Assembly (NCBI GenBank): GCA_902385225.1
Contig: CABMEU010000029.1
Coordinates: 41,065 to 105,064 of the forward strand
DNA from: an uncultured archaeon
Lineage (GTDB): Archaea > Iainarchaeota > Iainarchaeia > Iainarchaeales > JAAZKV01
Direction of reading: 5' to 3'
Length of the DNA stretch: 64,000 bases
The stretch's first letter is position 1. Each line of letters begins with the position of its first letter. Of this stretch, positions 16,704 through 26,794 are shown piece by piece. Under the pieces are notes generated by a model. That model searched no databases, was not told where the DNA came from, and saw only the letters and a list, made by a program, of their open reading frames with translations. The translations under genes were made by a program, and so were the position numbers.

Positions 16704-17564
16704 ATGTCTAAGAGCAAGAAGAAAAAAGCAAAGAAATCAATCCCGATTTCAGAGAAGAAGCAGGGGGAGATTGTGGATAAAGTGATTTCGGAGCAGGAGC
16801 CAAAAATTGAGTTGCCCGCTCAAATCGAATCGGAAGTTTTGCCGATTGAGGAGGCTGAGTTTGAGCGTGATTATTCAAAAATGGATTTACTTGATTTAAT
16901 TGACCAGCCCGCGTGGAAAACAATTCTTCTAGACCTTGTTGAGACCGAAAAAATGGACCCGTGGAATATTGATGTTGTTGAGCTTGCGGAGAAATACTTA
17001 AAAAAAATTAATGAGCTTGAGGGGAATAATCTCCGTGTTCCCGCAAATGCTATCTTGGCATGCGCGATTTTAGTAAAAACAAAATCAAAGTATTTGCGTT
17101 TAAGTTCTCTTGATGATGAGGGCAAAGAAAAAGCCGTTCTTACTCCTGAGCAGCGCGCATTAATGCTGCAGGAAATTCCTGACCTTTTGAGCAACAGAAT
17201 GGCGAGAGAGGGAAGGATTACTCTTGATGAGCTTGTCACAAGCATTGAGGATATTATCCAGCGCACCACCCCGAAGAATAAGGCCGCAAGAAACATTCCA
17301 AGAATTGAGATTAATTTTGATTCATCCTCTATTGAGGAGAAAATAAAAGAAGTGTTTGATTTGATAAAACAAAGAGCTGACTCGCAGGGGATAGTATTGT
17401 TTAAGGATCTTGCGGGTTCAAGCGAAGTTGATGCGGTTGTTGAAACATTTATCCCGGTTCTATTCCTGATGAACAATGGAAAAATCCTCGCTTACCAGAA
17501 TGAGTTCTTCGGGGAGATTTTTGTTAAATTGCTTGAAGGGGTAGAGACAGTGCAAGAGCAGTGA
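16704..17564 (+). CDS. scpA: ScpA-like kleisin (segregation and condensation protein A)
   Basis: Lys-rich N-terminus, then MDLLDLIDQ...WNIDVVELAEKYLKKI. This resembles the ScpA N-terminal motif. ScpB is encoded elsewhere in the window. Confidence 0.5.
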   Translation: MSKSKKKKAKKSIPISEKKQGEIVDKVISEQEPKIELPAQIESEVLPIEEAEFERDYSKMDLLDLIDQPAWKTILLDLVETEKMDPWNIDVVELAEKYLKKINELEGNNLRVPANAILACAILVKTKSKYLRLSSLDDEGKEKAVLTPEQRALMLQEIPDLLSNRMAREGRITLDELVTSIEDIIQRTTPKNKAARNIPRIEINFDSSSIEEKIKEVFDLIKQRADSQGIVLFKDLAGSSEVDAVVETFIPVLFLMNNGKILAYQNEFFGEIFVKLLEGVETVQEQ

Positions 17565-18079
17565 TTTTTGTGGGTCTAAAGTTTCCAAAATTCCATCCTC
17601 CGATAAACCCCACGTTTACTTCCGCCTCTGAACCTAAAACCAGAATCTCCGGCTCTTTTGCGGTTACGAAATTATTTAGGTCACTGATTAGAAAAAACAG
17701 GTGGCTTAAAGCAACAAGAATTTTACGCCAAAGGGCAAAAGAAGAGCAAGCGAATAAAGTTAGTAATGGGGGCAATAAGCATACTCAAACAAAAGGCGCC
17801 GCAAAAGGAGCAAGAGCATCAACGATTGTTGCGCAAAAGCGTAAAGCGGATTTGGATAGATTGAACAAAGCACTTTCTGATTTGAAAAATGAAATTGTCG
17901 CAGGGAGAGTAAAGCCTTTTGCTTCAATGGAATCTATTGCCTGGCATCTTGAGAAGAACCCTCAATTGAAAATGGGTTCAGTGCGAATCAGAGGTTTACT
18001 AGAAACAGAAAAAATTAATCTCTCTGGATTGAGAGTTTCCCGCAGTGAAGTTCTTAGGCGCGCGAGGCTAAAAAGCTGA
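17561..18079 (+). CDS. Basic hypothetical protein
   Basis: GTG-initiated ORF whose start overlaps the scpA stop. R/K-rich with no motif. The true start is uncertain. Confidence 0.25.
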   Translation: MIFVGLKFPKFHPPINPTFTSASEPKTRISGSFAVTKLFRSLIRKNRWLKATRILRQRAKEEQANKVSNGGNKHTQTKGAAKGARASTIVAQKRKADLDRLNKALSDLKNEIVAGRVKPFASMESIAWHLEKNPQLKMGSVRIRGLLETEKINLSGLRVSRSEVLRRARLKS

Positions 18080-18145
18080 AAACACGTTACTTTGGTTAAT
18101 CCTAACAGGTAATATTAAATACTTCTTTTTTCCTACTAGTCCCTG

Positions 18146-18871
18146 ATGAGCAAGAAGAAATCAGTTTCTGTTAAGAAAAAGAAGCGTTTCGCTGCCGAAA
18201 AGAAACTCTCAACAAAAGAGATGGGGTTTTTTCAGAGATTAAAGGATGTTTTGCCTGAGCAGCGCCCTGCGGCGAAAGAAACTGTGCGCGTGAAAACTTA
18301 CATTGTTGAAAAACCGGTTTATATTAACGCGGGAGAAAGAGGAAGGGTATCTCCTCCGCCGCAGAAATATGGGTTTGATGACGGAAAGAAATTTGATTCC
18401 AGAAAAAGCAGGTATGCGAAAAGAAGGGCGGAGAAAGAAATTGCTCCCGAAGATAATCCTGAGGAATTTAATGATGAGGGTCTCACCCAGCAGGATGAAT
18501 TGAGCGCGGGAGAGACTGAGGGAGAGGATGCGCTTGCCCAAGGTGATGAACAATTTGAAGAGGGGGCTGGCGCTGAGGGAGAAGCGCTTGAAGGAGAAGG
18601 GGAGTTTGATGATGGTGCTGAAGAGGGAGGGTCCGCAACTAGCTTAGATAATCCTCACCGAAGCAGGGTAATGTTTAACGGGATTTGGTGGAAGAGAGCA
18701 TTATTTTGGGGAATACTTGCTTGGCTAATAATTCTTGCTGGGGAAGTTGCTCTTCACGCGATTAATTTGGTTGATTTGAACTTGAACCGCCAATGGTGGG
18801 TGTTACTTGGAATAATTATTTTTATTTCTCTGATTTATCATGCTTTTTTTGCCGACAAGCACTTAATTTAA
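18146..18871 (+). CDS. Tail-anchored protein with an acidic low-complexity region
   Basis: Basic N-terminus, a central E/G/A/D-rich low-complexity stretch, and two C-terminal transmembrane helices. Confidence 0.35.
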   Translation: MSKKKSVSVKKKKRFAAEKKLSTKEMGFFQRLKDVLPEQRPAAKETVRVKTYIVEKPVYINAGERGRVSPPPQKYGFDDGKKFDSRKSRYAKRRAEKEIAPEDNPEEFNDEGLTQQDELSAGETEGEDALAQGDEQFEEGAGAEGEALEGEGEFDDGAEEGGSATSLDNPHRSRVMFNGIWWKRALFWGILAWLIILAGEVALHAINLVDLNLNRQWWVLLGIIIFISLIYHAFFADKHLI

Positions 18872-18886
18872 CGGCTGGCGGTTCTA

Positions 18887-19255
18887 ATGAAAGAAAAAAT
18901 CTTGGGTTTTAAGATTGAGTGGGGCAAAATCTCTTTTGACGGTTCTTCGCTTCGTGATATTATTTTTGCAGAAGGAAAAGTAGCTGAGAGGGATTATGAA
19001 AGGATAAGAGCAAAGTATGAGACAAGCCATGTTGTTGATGAAATTGAAGCGAGGCTTTTATTGAAAGGAAATCCTGCGGAAGTGATTATTGGGACAGGGT
19101 TCAGCGGTATGATAAAACTTACTCCCGAAGCAGAGTCGATTCTAAAACAAAAAACCGCGCTTATTGTGATGCTGTCTCCGCAGGCGATTGACCTGCTTAA
19201 TGATAAATTAAAAAGAAATATTCGTGTGAATGCGCTGATTCACACTACTTGCTAA
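18887..19255 (+). CDS. Hypothetical protein
   Basis: 122-aa ORF with good coding appearance and no recognisable motif. Confidence 0.3.
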   Translation: MKEKILGFKIEWGKISFDGSSLRDIIFAEGKVAERDYERIRAKYETSHVVDEIEARLLLKGNPAEVIIGTGFSGMIKLTPEAESILKQKTALIVMLSPQAIDLLNDKLKRNIRVNALIHTTC

Positions 19256-19282
19256 AAATCTGCTTTTACTTAGCTAATACTC

Positions 19283-19531
19283 TTATTTGACTAATTTCTT
19301 CTTCTTGAGTTCTGATTCCATTTTCGGTCTGTCAAAGCCGATTATCACAGCGCCGTCAATATCAATTACTGGGACTCCCATCTGTCCGCTCTTATCAATC
19401 ATTTCTCTTGCTCTGTCCTGATTGATTCCTACATTAACATCCTCAAATTCCACTTTCTTCTCCTTAAGCCAGTTCTTTGCCATCACGCAGTAAGGACAAG
19501 TGCTTGTTGAATATACAATTACTTTAGACAT
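19283..19531 (-). CDS. Glutaredoxin/NrdH-like small redoxin
   Basis: VIVYSTSTCPYC CPYC active site within a thioredoxin fold of about 80 aa. Confidence 0.75.
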   Translation of the reverse strand: MSKVIVYSTSTCPYCVMAKNWLKEKKVEFEDVNVGINQDRAREMIDKSGQMGVPVIDIDGAVIIGFDRPKMESELKKKKLVK

Positions 19532-19691
19532 ACTTCCACCCCGTTACTTGAGTTAGGACTTACTATTAGCGTGTTTTTTTAAACCTTCTGGTGGAGTCAG
19601 TTCATCCTTGATTGGGCGGCATAAATTTTGCCGGTATATTTTACGCTTACAATATTAAATCTATTTATCGCTTATTTGTAAGTGATAACTA

Positions 19692-21479
19692 ATGGCCAAA
19701 GACGATCAAGTGGCAATGTTTGACATGAAGAAGGACTTGCGCGAGTACTTCAAGGTCGCAAGACCCTACGCTTTCTTTTTCGGTTTAATCGCGTTTTTTG
19801 TTCTCCTAATGAGTCTCGCCACGGTTGGGGAAAAGTTTGTTTTCAAAATCTTGCTTGATGAGGGGGCAAATTTTGTTGCGGGAAGCGTTACAAAAGCGCA
19901 GTTTATTGAATTAATTCTCTCTCTTGCGCTGGCATTTATCGGGGTGTTTGTAACAAAAGCCGCCTCAAATTGGCTGCGTCTTCACTTCATTAACCGCGCC
20001 GAAGGAAGCATGATGCTTGATTTAAAGAAAAAGTTTTTCGGGCACATAGTCGGGCTTTCATACAAATTTCACACAACACACAGAACCGGAAGTTTAATTG
20101 CCAGAATGACAAGGGGCGCCGGCTCAATTGAGGGGATAACAGATTTTATCAGCATCGGGATTTTTACTTTAATCATCCAAATGATTGTTGTCTTCATCTC
20201 AGTTGCGTTTTTTGATTTGGTTTCAGCTGTAATGCTTGTTGTTGTAATGCTCGCGTTTATTTTCTATGTGTTGTTCTTCCTTCGCGCACAGCAAAAAGCA
20301 AGGCTCGCGCTCAATAATGCGGAGGACTCTGAGAAGGCATTTGTGAGTGATGTGTTCACAAATATTGACACGATTAAATATTTTGGAAAGGAAAACAGGA
20401 CTTCCTCTTTGTTTGTTGATTTTGCGTCAAAAACCAAGGGCGGGTTCATAAAGAACTGGGATTTTGACCGCTGGACAGAGGCGGGTCAGACCTTTATTAT
20501 TGGAGCGGGGATTATGCTTCTGCTTTACTTCCCTTTAATAAAATTCCTTAACGGCGAAATCTCAATTGGAACAATCGCTTTCATTTACACAGTTTATCTT
20601 AATGTTGCCGAGCCGCTTGGCGCATTTATTTGGGGTATGCGAAGATTTTACCAATCCCTCGCGGATTTTCACTCGCTTACCCAGTACGGCGATTTGAAGA
20701 AGGATGTTGTGGATAAAGTAAATGCCCCCGCGCTGAAGATTGGCAAGGGTAAGATAGAATTCAATGATGTTTCATTTACTTATCACAAAAAGGAAGTAAT
20801 AACTAATTTCAGTCTCAAGGTTAATCCAAATGAGAAAGTGGCAATTGTTGGCTACTCGGGATCGGGAAAAACCACTTTGATTAAGCTTCTTTATCGTCTC
20901 TATGATTTAAATTCCGGAAGCATTTCTATTGATGGAAAAAACATCACGGGCGTAAAGCAGGAATCGCTGCGCTCTGAATTAAGCATAGTTCCGCAGGAAT
21001 GCATTTTGTTTAATGATACAATTTACAACAATGTTGTGTTTGCAAATCCGAAGGCTCCAAGAAGCGAGGTAATTAGCGCGCTAAAAGCCGCGCAGCTTTA
21101 TGATTTTGTCATTGGGTTGCCTGAAAAAGAAAATACTTATGTCGGTGAGAGAGGGATAAAGCTCTCCGGAGGGGAGAAGCAGAGGCTTTCAATAGCAAGA
21201 GCTATTTTGGCTAAGAGAAAAGTGTTGGTGCTTGATGAGGCGACCTCTTCGCTTGACTCAAAAACTGAAGCGCAGATAAAAGACGCGCTTAATATGCTTA
21301 TGAAAAACAAAACAACAATAATTATCGCGCACAGATTATCCACTATAATGGAAGCTGACAAAATAATTGTTCTTGATAAGGGGAAAATTGTTCAGAGCGG
21401 AAAACACAATGAACTCATAAATCAAAAGGGAATTTACAGGGGCTTGTGGAATATGCAAAAAGGAGGGTATATTGAGTAA
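19692..21479 (+). CDS. ABC exporter with fused permease and ATPase (MsbA-like)
   Basis: Six-TM N-terminal domain, Walker A GYSGSGKTT, signature LSGGEKQRLSIARA, Walker B VLVLDEATS. Confidence 0.85.
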   Translation: MAKDDQVAMFDMKKDLREYFKVARPYAFFFGLIAFFVLLMSLATVGEKFVFKILLDEGANFVAGSVTKAQFIELILSLALAFIGVFVTKAASNWLRLHFINRAEGSMMLDLKKKFFGHIVGLSYKFHTTHRTGSLIARMTRGAGSIEGITDFISIGIFTLIIQMIVVFISVAFFDLVSAVMLVVVMLAFIFYVLFFLRAQQKARLALNNAEDSEKAFVSDVFTNIDTIKYFGKENRTSSLFVDFASKTKGGFIKNWDFDRWTEAGQTFIIGAGIMLLLYFPLIKFLNGEISIGTIAFIYTVYLNVAEPLGAFIWGMRRFYQSLADFHSLTQYGDLKKDVVDKVNAPALKIGKGKIEFNDVSFTYHKKEVITNFSLKVNPNEKVAIVGYSGSGKTTLIKLLYRLYDLNSGSISIDGKNITGVKQESLRSELSIVPQECILFNDTIYNNVVFANPKAPRSEVISALKAAQLYDFVIGLPEKENTYVGERGIKLSGGEKQRLSIARAILAKRKVLVLDEATSSLDSKTEAQIKDALNMLMKNKTTIIIAHRLSTIMEADKIIVLDKGKIVQSGKHNELINQKGIYRGLWNMQKGGYIE

Positions 21480-21520
21480 ATAGCAGTGAATATTAATCCA
21501 ATAGAGATTAAACTAATTAA

Positions 21521-22102
21521 GTGTTAATGATGAAACCCGTTAGAATCCCTGCAAGAAGTATGCTTGAAAGGCAGCTAGAGAGATTGTATTCAAAGCGGAG
21601 AAGATTAAAGGTGCCTAGTCAAGGGCTCATGGTTGGTGCATCTGATTTAATTATTCGAAAGTTGTGTCCTAGCGGGAAATTTGTTCGCGCAAGGGGTATT
21701 GGAAGACATATGGTTTGGCTTATGTACTTTCGAGGTCAGAGAGAATTAGAAAAGGGGATTTCTGCCGAGGGGACGGTTATGGTGCTGGATAAAATGCTCA
21801 AAGAGTTTCCAGACTTTGCTGCGAGAAATGTGAAAACACAGAATAGTGTTTTATGCAAAAATCTCTCGAAGGTAGAACCCAAAATTCAAGAAGAGTTGCA
21901 AGCTTTGAAAGCAGCGATTGCCGCAAATCCAAGAACCGCCAAAGAGATGATTCCAATAACCGCTGATTTGTTGGGACTCGCTGCACTCATTCATGAGGAT
22001 GCGCTAGTGCGGGAGCTGGGTGAAGAGGGCGCTAGGAAATTTATGGGCGAATTATTTGCTGCCAAAGAATATTTTGCACAGAAATATCTTGAACGGAATT
22101 AA
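21521..22102 (+). CDS. Hypothetical protein
   Basis: 193-aa ORF with no motif. Confidence 0.3.
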   Translation: MLMMKPVRIPARSMLERQLERLYSKRRRLKVPSQGLMVGASDLIIRKLCPSGKFVRARGIGRHMVWLMYFRGQRELEKGISAEGTVMVLDKMLKEFPDFAARNVKTQNSVLCKNLSKVEPKIQEELQALKAAIAANPRTAKEMIPITADLLGLAALIHEDALVRELGEEGARKFMGELFAAKEYFAQKYLERN

Positions 22103-22109
22103 GTTTATG

Positions 22110-22958
22110 TTAATCTGCAGTGAATAAATACTTAGTCGCCGATTTTATTCCAGTCATCACAAAAAATGCCCCTTTCTTCTTAAGGAGCCATTTGATTTCC
22201 CCTATGCGCGCAATTTTAAGTTTTGGTTTTGAGGAAACGAACTCAATTCCATTTTCTTTAAACCATTCTTTAATCTCAGAAACGCTGTGATAGCTCTCAT
22301 GCACTTGCCCGTATTTATCAGCGAGCCACGCTTTTCCCGCTTTTATGTTTTTCCCAAAATGTTTCTCCCCAAATAAAATTCTTTTCTCAATATCTGCCCC
22401 GCAAAATGACCAAAGCAAGAATCTTTTCAATCGGTGTCTAAATCGCGCGTACTTATTGTAAAGCCCGATGACAATTATTCCTTCATTCTTCAAATTAGCA
22501 CATGCGATTTCAAACCCCTTTTTTGCATCAATTGTGTGGTGGAGAGAACCAAGAGCAATAACCGCATCAAATTTCTTCCCAAATTCATCTCCATTAAGCT
22601 CCAAAATATTTTTGCATAGGAAAGTAACTTTGCCATCCGCTCCAAGTCTTTTTGCGAGTGCCTTTGCATTCTTTATTGAGCTTGAGCTAAAATCAACCGC
22701 GATAACCCGCGCTCCGCTTAATGCAAGCCCGCAGTCAAGTTCCCCGGTACCGCACCCAAGTTCAAGCACTTCTTTCCCTTTCCAATAAGTTGCATCAGAG
22801 TCGAATGAATCAGCCGCCCATCTGGCAAAGTAAATTGCGCCCTCTTTTGTAATATTCTTCCTCGCAGGATAGGGGTATTTCTCATAGAGTTCTTTTACAA
22901 GCGCCTCTTTTTGCTTTCCATTTTGTTTTTCATTCATTAAATACAAGTTTGGAAGCAA
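22110..22958 (-). CDS. Class I SAM-dependent methyltransferase
   Basis: VLELGCGTGE motif I. Confidence 0.7.
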   Translation of the reverse strand: MLPNLYLMNEKQNGKQKEALVKELYEKYPYPARKNITKEGAIYFARWAADSFDSDATYWKGKEVLELGCGTGELDCGLALSGARVIAVDFSSSSIKNAKALAKRLGADGKVTFLCKNILELNGDEFGKKFDAVIALGSLHHTIDAKKGFEIACANLKNEGIIVIGLYNKYARFRHRLKRFLLWSFCGADIEKRILFGEKHFGKNIKAGKAWLADKYGQVHESYHSVSEIKEWFKENGIEFVSSKPKLKIARIGEIKWLLKKKGAFFVMTGIKSATKYLFTAD

Positions 22959-22990
22959 TGATTAAAACCCCTTTTGTTTGAGAATTACTT

Positions 22991-24070
22991 ATGCAGAAAA
23001 TAATTGGTTTGCTTGATTTGGATTATTTTTACGCGCAGTGTGAAATCTTAAGAAAGCCGGAGATTAGGGGAAAACCTGTGATTATTGTAATGCCTTCGCT
23101 TCGCGAAAACTCGGGGGCAATAGCGACCGCTAATTATGAAGCTCGGGCGCAAAAGATTCGCTCAGGAATGCCTCTTTCACTTGCAAAGAAACTTGCGAGT
23201 CCAGATAGTGTTTTCATTAACGCTGATAAGCCGTATTATGAGGAATTATCTCAGAAGGTATTTGAGATAGTTGATTTTTTCTGCGAGAAAGTGGAGCAGG
23301 TCTCAATTGATGAGGCATATTTTGAGCTCACTAATGCCTCAGACTTTGAGAAGGCGGAGGAGAATGCGAAGAAAATAAAGCAGAGAATTAAGTCAGAGCT
23401 TGGGCTTACTTGTTCTGTCGGGGTTGGTCCGAATAAATTAATCGCAAAAATGGCGGCTTCGGCAAAAAAGCCCGACGGGTTTTATTCAGTTCGACCAGAG
23501 CAAGTGGATTCATTTATTTCAAAGCAGAAAATATCCTCTCTGTTTGGGGTGGGTCCAAAAACAGAGGAAATTTTTAAGAAGCACGGTGTTCAGCTCGTTA
23601 GCGATGCGCGCAAGTATTCTAAAAAGGATTTTGTTGAATGGTTTGGGGAAGGAAACGGGGCAAAGTTTTACGAATATGTTTTTGGGAATGATTTGCGGGA
23701 GATTGAGGCGAATAGGGAGAAGCAGCAGCTCTCAAGGATGATAACAATGAAGCAGGACTCGCGTGATTTTGAATTCATCCGCCAGAACATTGATTTTCTT
23801 GCGGAGATGCTTTACAAAAAACTTGTTGAATTAAAAAAGAAATTCAAAACGGTTTCATTAATTATTGTCACGGAGCGGATGGACACAGTCACAAAATCCA
23901 GGACAAAAGAGCAGCCCATCGTTTCTTTGGAGGAGTTAAAAGAAATGGAATACACTTTACTTAAGGACTATTTGAATGAAGCCTTCTCAAATGTTCGAAG
24001 GGTGGGTGTTCGTGTCTCAAATTTTGATGAGAACACGGGTTTGCAGAGAAAGTTGCTTGAGTTTAAGTGA
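22991..24070 (+). CDS. dinB: Y-family DNA polymerase IV (Dbh/Dpo4-like)
   Basis: LDLDYFYAQCE N-terminal catalytic motif, SIDEAYFEL, and an HhH region GVGPNKLIAKMA. Confidence 0.85.
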   Translation: MQKIIGLLDLDYFYAQCEILRKPEIRGKPVIIVMPSLRENSGAIATANYEARAQKIRSGMPLSLAKKLASPDSVFINADKPYYEELSQKVFEIVDFFCEKVEQVSIDEAYFELTNASDFEKAEENAKKIKQRIKSELGLTCSVGVGPNKLIAKMAASAKKPDGFYSVRPEQVDSFISKQKISSLFGVGPKTEEIFKKHGVQLVSDARKYSKKDFVEWFGEGNGAKFYEYVFGNDLREIEANREKQQLSRMITMKQDSRDFEFIRQNIDFLAEMLYKKLVELKKKFKTVSLIIVTERMDTVTKSRTKEQPIVSLEELKEMEYTLLKDYLNEAFSNVRRVGVRVSNFDENTGLQRKLLEFK

Positions 24071-24096
24071 ATTATTAAATTATTTTTGGTGTTATT

Positions 24097-24723
24097 TTGG
24101 AAAATGTGAATTTAAAACAGCAAATTGCGATAAAGCAGCTTCTTGCTCTAAAAAAGCTTTCTTCAGCGCACAGGCTAGCCGCGGACGGGTGGGATGAGGA
24201 GTGGAAAATACTTGTAGCAACTCTGATGAGCGCAAGGACAACTGATAAGAAAACAATCCCTGTTGCCGAGGGGCTGTTCAAAAAGTACTCCTCAATAAAA
24301 AAATTAAGCAAAGTTTCTCCTGCGGCAATCGCAAAGCTAATCCGCCCGGTTAATTTTTACAAAACCAAATCAAGAAACATAAGCAGGCTAGCAAAGATAC
24401 TTGTGCGTGACTATTGCGCAAAAGTTCCGCATGATTTTGAGAAATTAATTGAGCTTCCCGGTGTGGGGAGAAAAACCGCAAATGTTTTCCTCGCGGAAGT
24501 CGGGCATAACACAATCGGGGTTGATACCCATGTGACTTATTGTTCCCGCTACTTGGGCTGGACGAAGCATGCGGAGCAGGAGAAAATAGAGGCGGACCTC
24601 AAATCACTCTTCCCGCAGAATTATTGGGGTGAATTAAACTGGATTCTTGTGCGATTTGGGCAAACTTACACAAATAGGCGCGAAAAGAATGAAATTCTTG
24701 ATAAAATAAAGCAAATTAAGTAA
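24097..24723 (+). CDS. nth: HhH-GPD DNA glycosylase, endonuclease III family, without the C-terminal 4-Cys cluster
   Basis: LPGVGRKTANVFL HhH-GPD motif. No Cys-rich C-terminus. Confidence 0.75.
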   Translation: MENVNLKQQIAIKQLLALKKLSSAHRLAADGWDEEWKILVATLMSARTTDKKTIPVAEGLFKKYSSIKKLSKVSPAAIAKLIRPVNFYKTKSRNISRLAKILVRDYCAKVPHDFEKLIELPGVGRKTANVFLAEVGHNTIGVDTHVTYCSRYLGWTKHAEQEKIEADLKSLFPQNYWGELNWILVRFGQTYTNRREKNEILDKIKQIK

Positions 24724-24789
24724 TTATTCCGACGCTTTGTGCGCCCCCTTGGAATGATTTATAAACACATATGAATTAACCTTCATTTA

Positions 24790-25311
24790 TTGGTGATGTT
24801 GTTGGCTGAAAAGAAAGTAGTTGGAATAAAGAAAACTGATACTCTTGGGAGTGTTATTGATTCTTACCCTGAAATCGCGCCGGTGCTTGCTACTGCAGGG
24901 CTTCACTGTATTGGCTGCCACGTCTCCGCATACGAATCAATTGAAGAGGGCTGCCGAGCGCACGGAATGAGCAAAAAAGATGTTGATGATTTGGTAAAAT
25001 CAGCGAATAAGAGAATAGCGGAGTATGAAAAATTACCAAAGGTTTCTTTCACAGAAAAATCTGTTTTAGAACTTGATAAACGCTTATCAAAATCAAAGCC
25101 GAAAAAGAAATTCGCCCGCCTTGTGCAGGTATTTGGGGAATTTGATTTTGAGGCAATGGATAAGAAAGAAAAAGAGGATATTGTCATTGAAGCAGAGGCA
25201 AAATCAAAGAAGATTAGTGTTATTGCGTCTCCAAGGGTTGAGCGAATGCTCCGCGGAGTAAGAATTGATTTTGACGCAAAACAAAATGATTTTGTCGCGG
25301 CTAGAACTTAA
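24790..25311 (+). CDS. DUF1858-domain protein
   Basis: N-terminus TLGSVIDSYPEIAPVLATAGLHCIGCH...IEEGCRAHGM fits the DUF1858 pattern. Confidence 0.45.
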   Translation: MVMLLAEKKVVGIKKTDTLGSVIDSYPEIAPVLATAGLHCIGCHVSAYESIEEGCRAHGMSKKDVDDLVKSANKRIAEYEKLPKVSFTEKSVLELDKRLSKSKPKKKFARLVQVFGEFDFEAMDKKEKEDIVIEAEAKSKKISVIASPRVERMLRGVRIDFDAKQNDFVAART

Positions 25312-26220
25312 CTAGTAGCTGTCCTTTTCCTGAACGTATTTTGCCGCAGTATGGGCGGCTGTTGCGCCTTCGCCGATGCAGGTTGCGATTTGTTTTAATT
25401 CTTTCTTTATGCAATCCCCTGCCGAGTATATTCCTTTAACACTTGTTTCCATTTTCTCATTAACAATAATTCTTCCTTCCTTGTCCTTCGCAACACTCAC
25501 AAACGAAGTATTCGGGTCTGAGCCGATATAAATAAATGCGCCGGATGCCGCGAGAGCGCTTTCCTTTCCTTTTTGTTTTATTAAGATTTTCTCAAGCATT
25601 TTTGCGCCCTCAAATCCAATAACATTAGTTTCAAGCATTATTTGCACTCCTTTTTCTCTGAGGGTTTTTTGTTTTGCGCTTTCCGCAGTAAGCTCTTTCT
25701 TTGAGGAGATTAAGTAAACCTTCTTTGTTACCCCCGCAAGATAAATTGCTTCTTCCGCGGCTCGGTTATCCGAGCCAATTACAGCGACCTCTTTTCCATT
25801 GTACATTGGTCCGTCGCATGTAGCGCAAAAATGCACTCCTTTGTTCAAAAATTCTTTCTCTCCTCTGACACCAAGCCATTTGCTTGAAGCTCCAACAGCA
25901 ACAATAATTGCTTTTGCGGTAATGGTTTTTTCTTGGAGGATAATTTCCTTTTCTTTTCCTTTTTCCTTAATTGCGCTTACTGAATCATAAACTATTTCCG
26001 CGCCCGCTTTTTGTGCTTGTTCCTGTATTTTTCCCATTAACTCCATGCCGTTAATATCAATGAAACCAGGGTAGTTTTGGATGCTGTTCGCCCAAGTAAC
26101 CGTTCCGCCCACAATGCCCTTCTCAATTACCGCGGTTTTTAGTCCGTATCTTGCGCAGTAAATTGCGGCGGTGAGCCCGGCAGGACCCGAACCAATAATT
26201 GCAACATCATAATCAGACAC
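25312..26220 (-). CDS. trxB: Thioredoxin reductase
   Basis: FAD motif IIGSGPAGLTAA and redox-active CATCDG. Confidence 0.85.
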   Translation of the reverse strand: MSDYDVAIIGSGPAGLTAAIYCARYGLKTAVIEKGIVGGTVTWANSIQNYPGFIDINGMELMGKIQEQAQKAGAEIVYDSVSAIKEKGKEKEIILQEKTITAKAIIVAVGASSKWLGVRGEKEFLNKGVHFCATCDGPMYNGKEVAVIGSDNRAAEEAIYLAGVTKKVYLISSKKELTAESAKQKTLREKGVQIMLETNVIGFEGAKMLEKILIKQKGKESALAASGAFIYIGSDPNTSFVSVAKDKEGRIIVNEKMETSVKGIYSAGDCIKKELKQIATCIGEGATAAHTAAKYVQEKDSY

Positions 26221-26331
26221 TACTAATCACGTATGAAGAGGAATGCGTGGTCTTTTTATTCATTCCTTTTTGGTTAAATTGTTCCTGCGAAAGGCAAAGT
26301 ATTTAAGCTTCTTTGGACCCTATTTTTTATT

Positions 26332-26784
26332 ATGCCAATTAAATCAAAAAAGAAAAAGAGTTCTTTTGCAGAGAGCGTGGCTCTCGCTGATTCGCTTGCG
26401 AAGAATAAAACACAGGCCGATGAGAATTACTCTGAAGAGAATTATTCAGGCAGTAATTATTCTGCTCCCAGCGAAGAGGTTATTGTTGAGGAAACTGTTA
26501 CTGAATCAAAGCAGAGGAAATCTGGTGGAAAGAAAAAGAAGGCCTCAATTAAAAAGAAGAAAAAAGTTCCCACTCTTGTTGATGTTGCGAAGAAGGAAGA
26601 GAGCGAAGAAACAAAGATAACTGTTGTTGAGAAACAAATCGAGACTTCCGGACCGCTTGTTGAAAAGCCATTTACAGGTCCTCGGGGAGGATTCTTTGAG
26701 ACTTTCGGCGGGCTTCTTGTTGTATTGATTATTATTGAGCTTATTGTAATCCTTGTGCTGGCCGCAATGATGTTTGTTAAGTAG
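26332..26784 (+). CDS. Lys-rich tail-anchored hypothetical protein
   Basis: K/E-rich low-complexity sequence plus one C-terminal transmembrane helix (LLVVLIIIELIVILVLAAMMFV). Confidence 0.3.
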   Translation: MPIKSKKKKSSFAESVALADSLAKNKTQADENYSEENYSGSNYSAPSEEVIVEETVTESKQRKSGGKKKKASIKKKKKVPTLVDVAKKEESEETKITVVEKQIETSGPLVEKPFTGPRGGFFETFGGLLVVLIIIELIVILVLAAMMFVK

Positions 26785-26794
26785 TGCTGGCATA

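Noticed and set aside
16871-17476. 201-aa minus-strand ORF inside scpA
   Set aside because: Antisense to the ScpA-like CDS. Serine-rich low-complexity translation.
26243-26620. 125-aa plus-strand ORF rich in R/K/L overlapping the Lys-rich gene at 26332-26784
   Set aside because: It is an alternative frame of the same AAG/AAA-rich stretch. Its translation is pure low-complexity RRKK/LLL and it is not independently supported.
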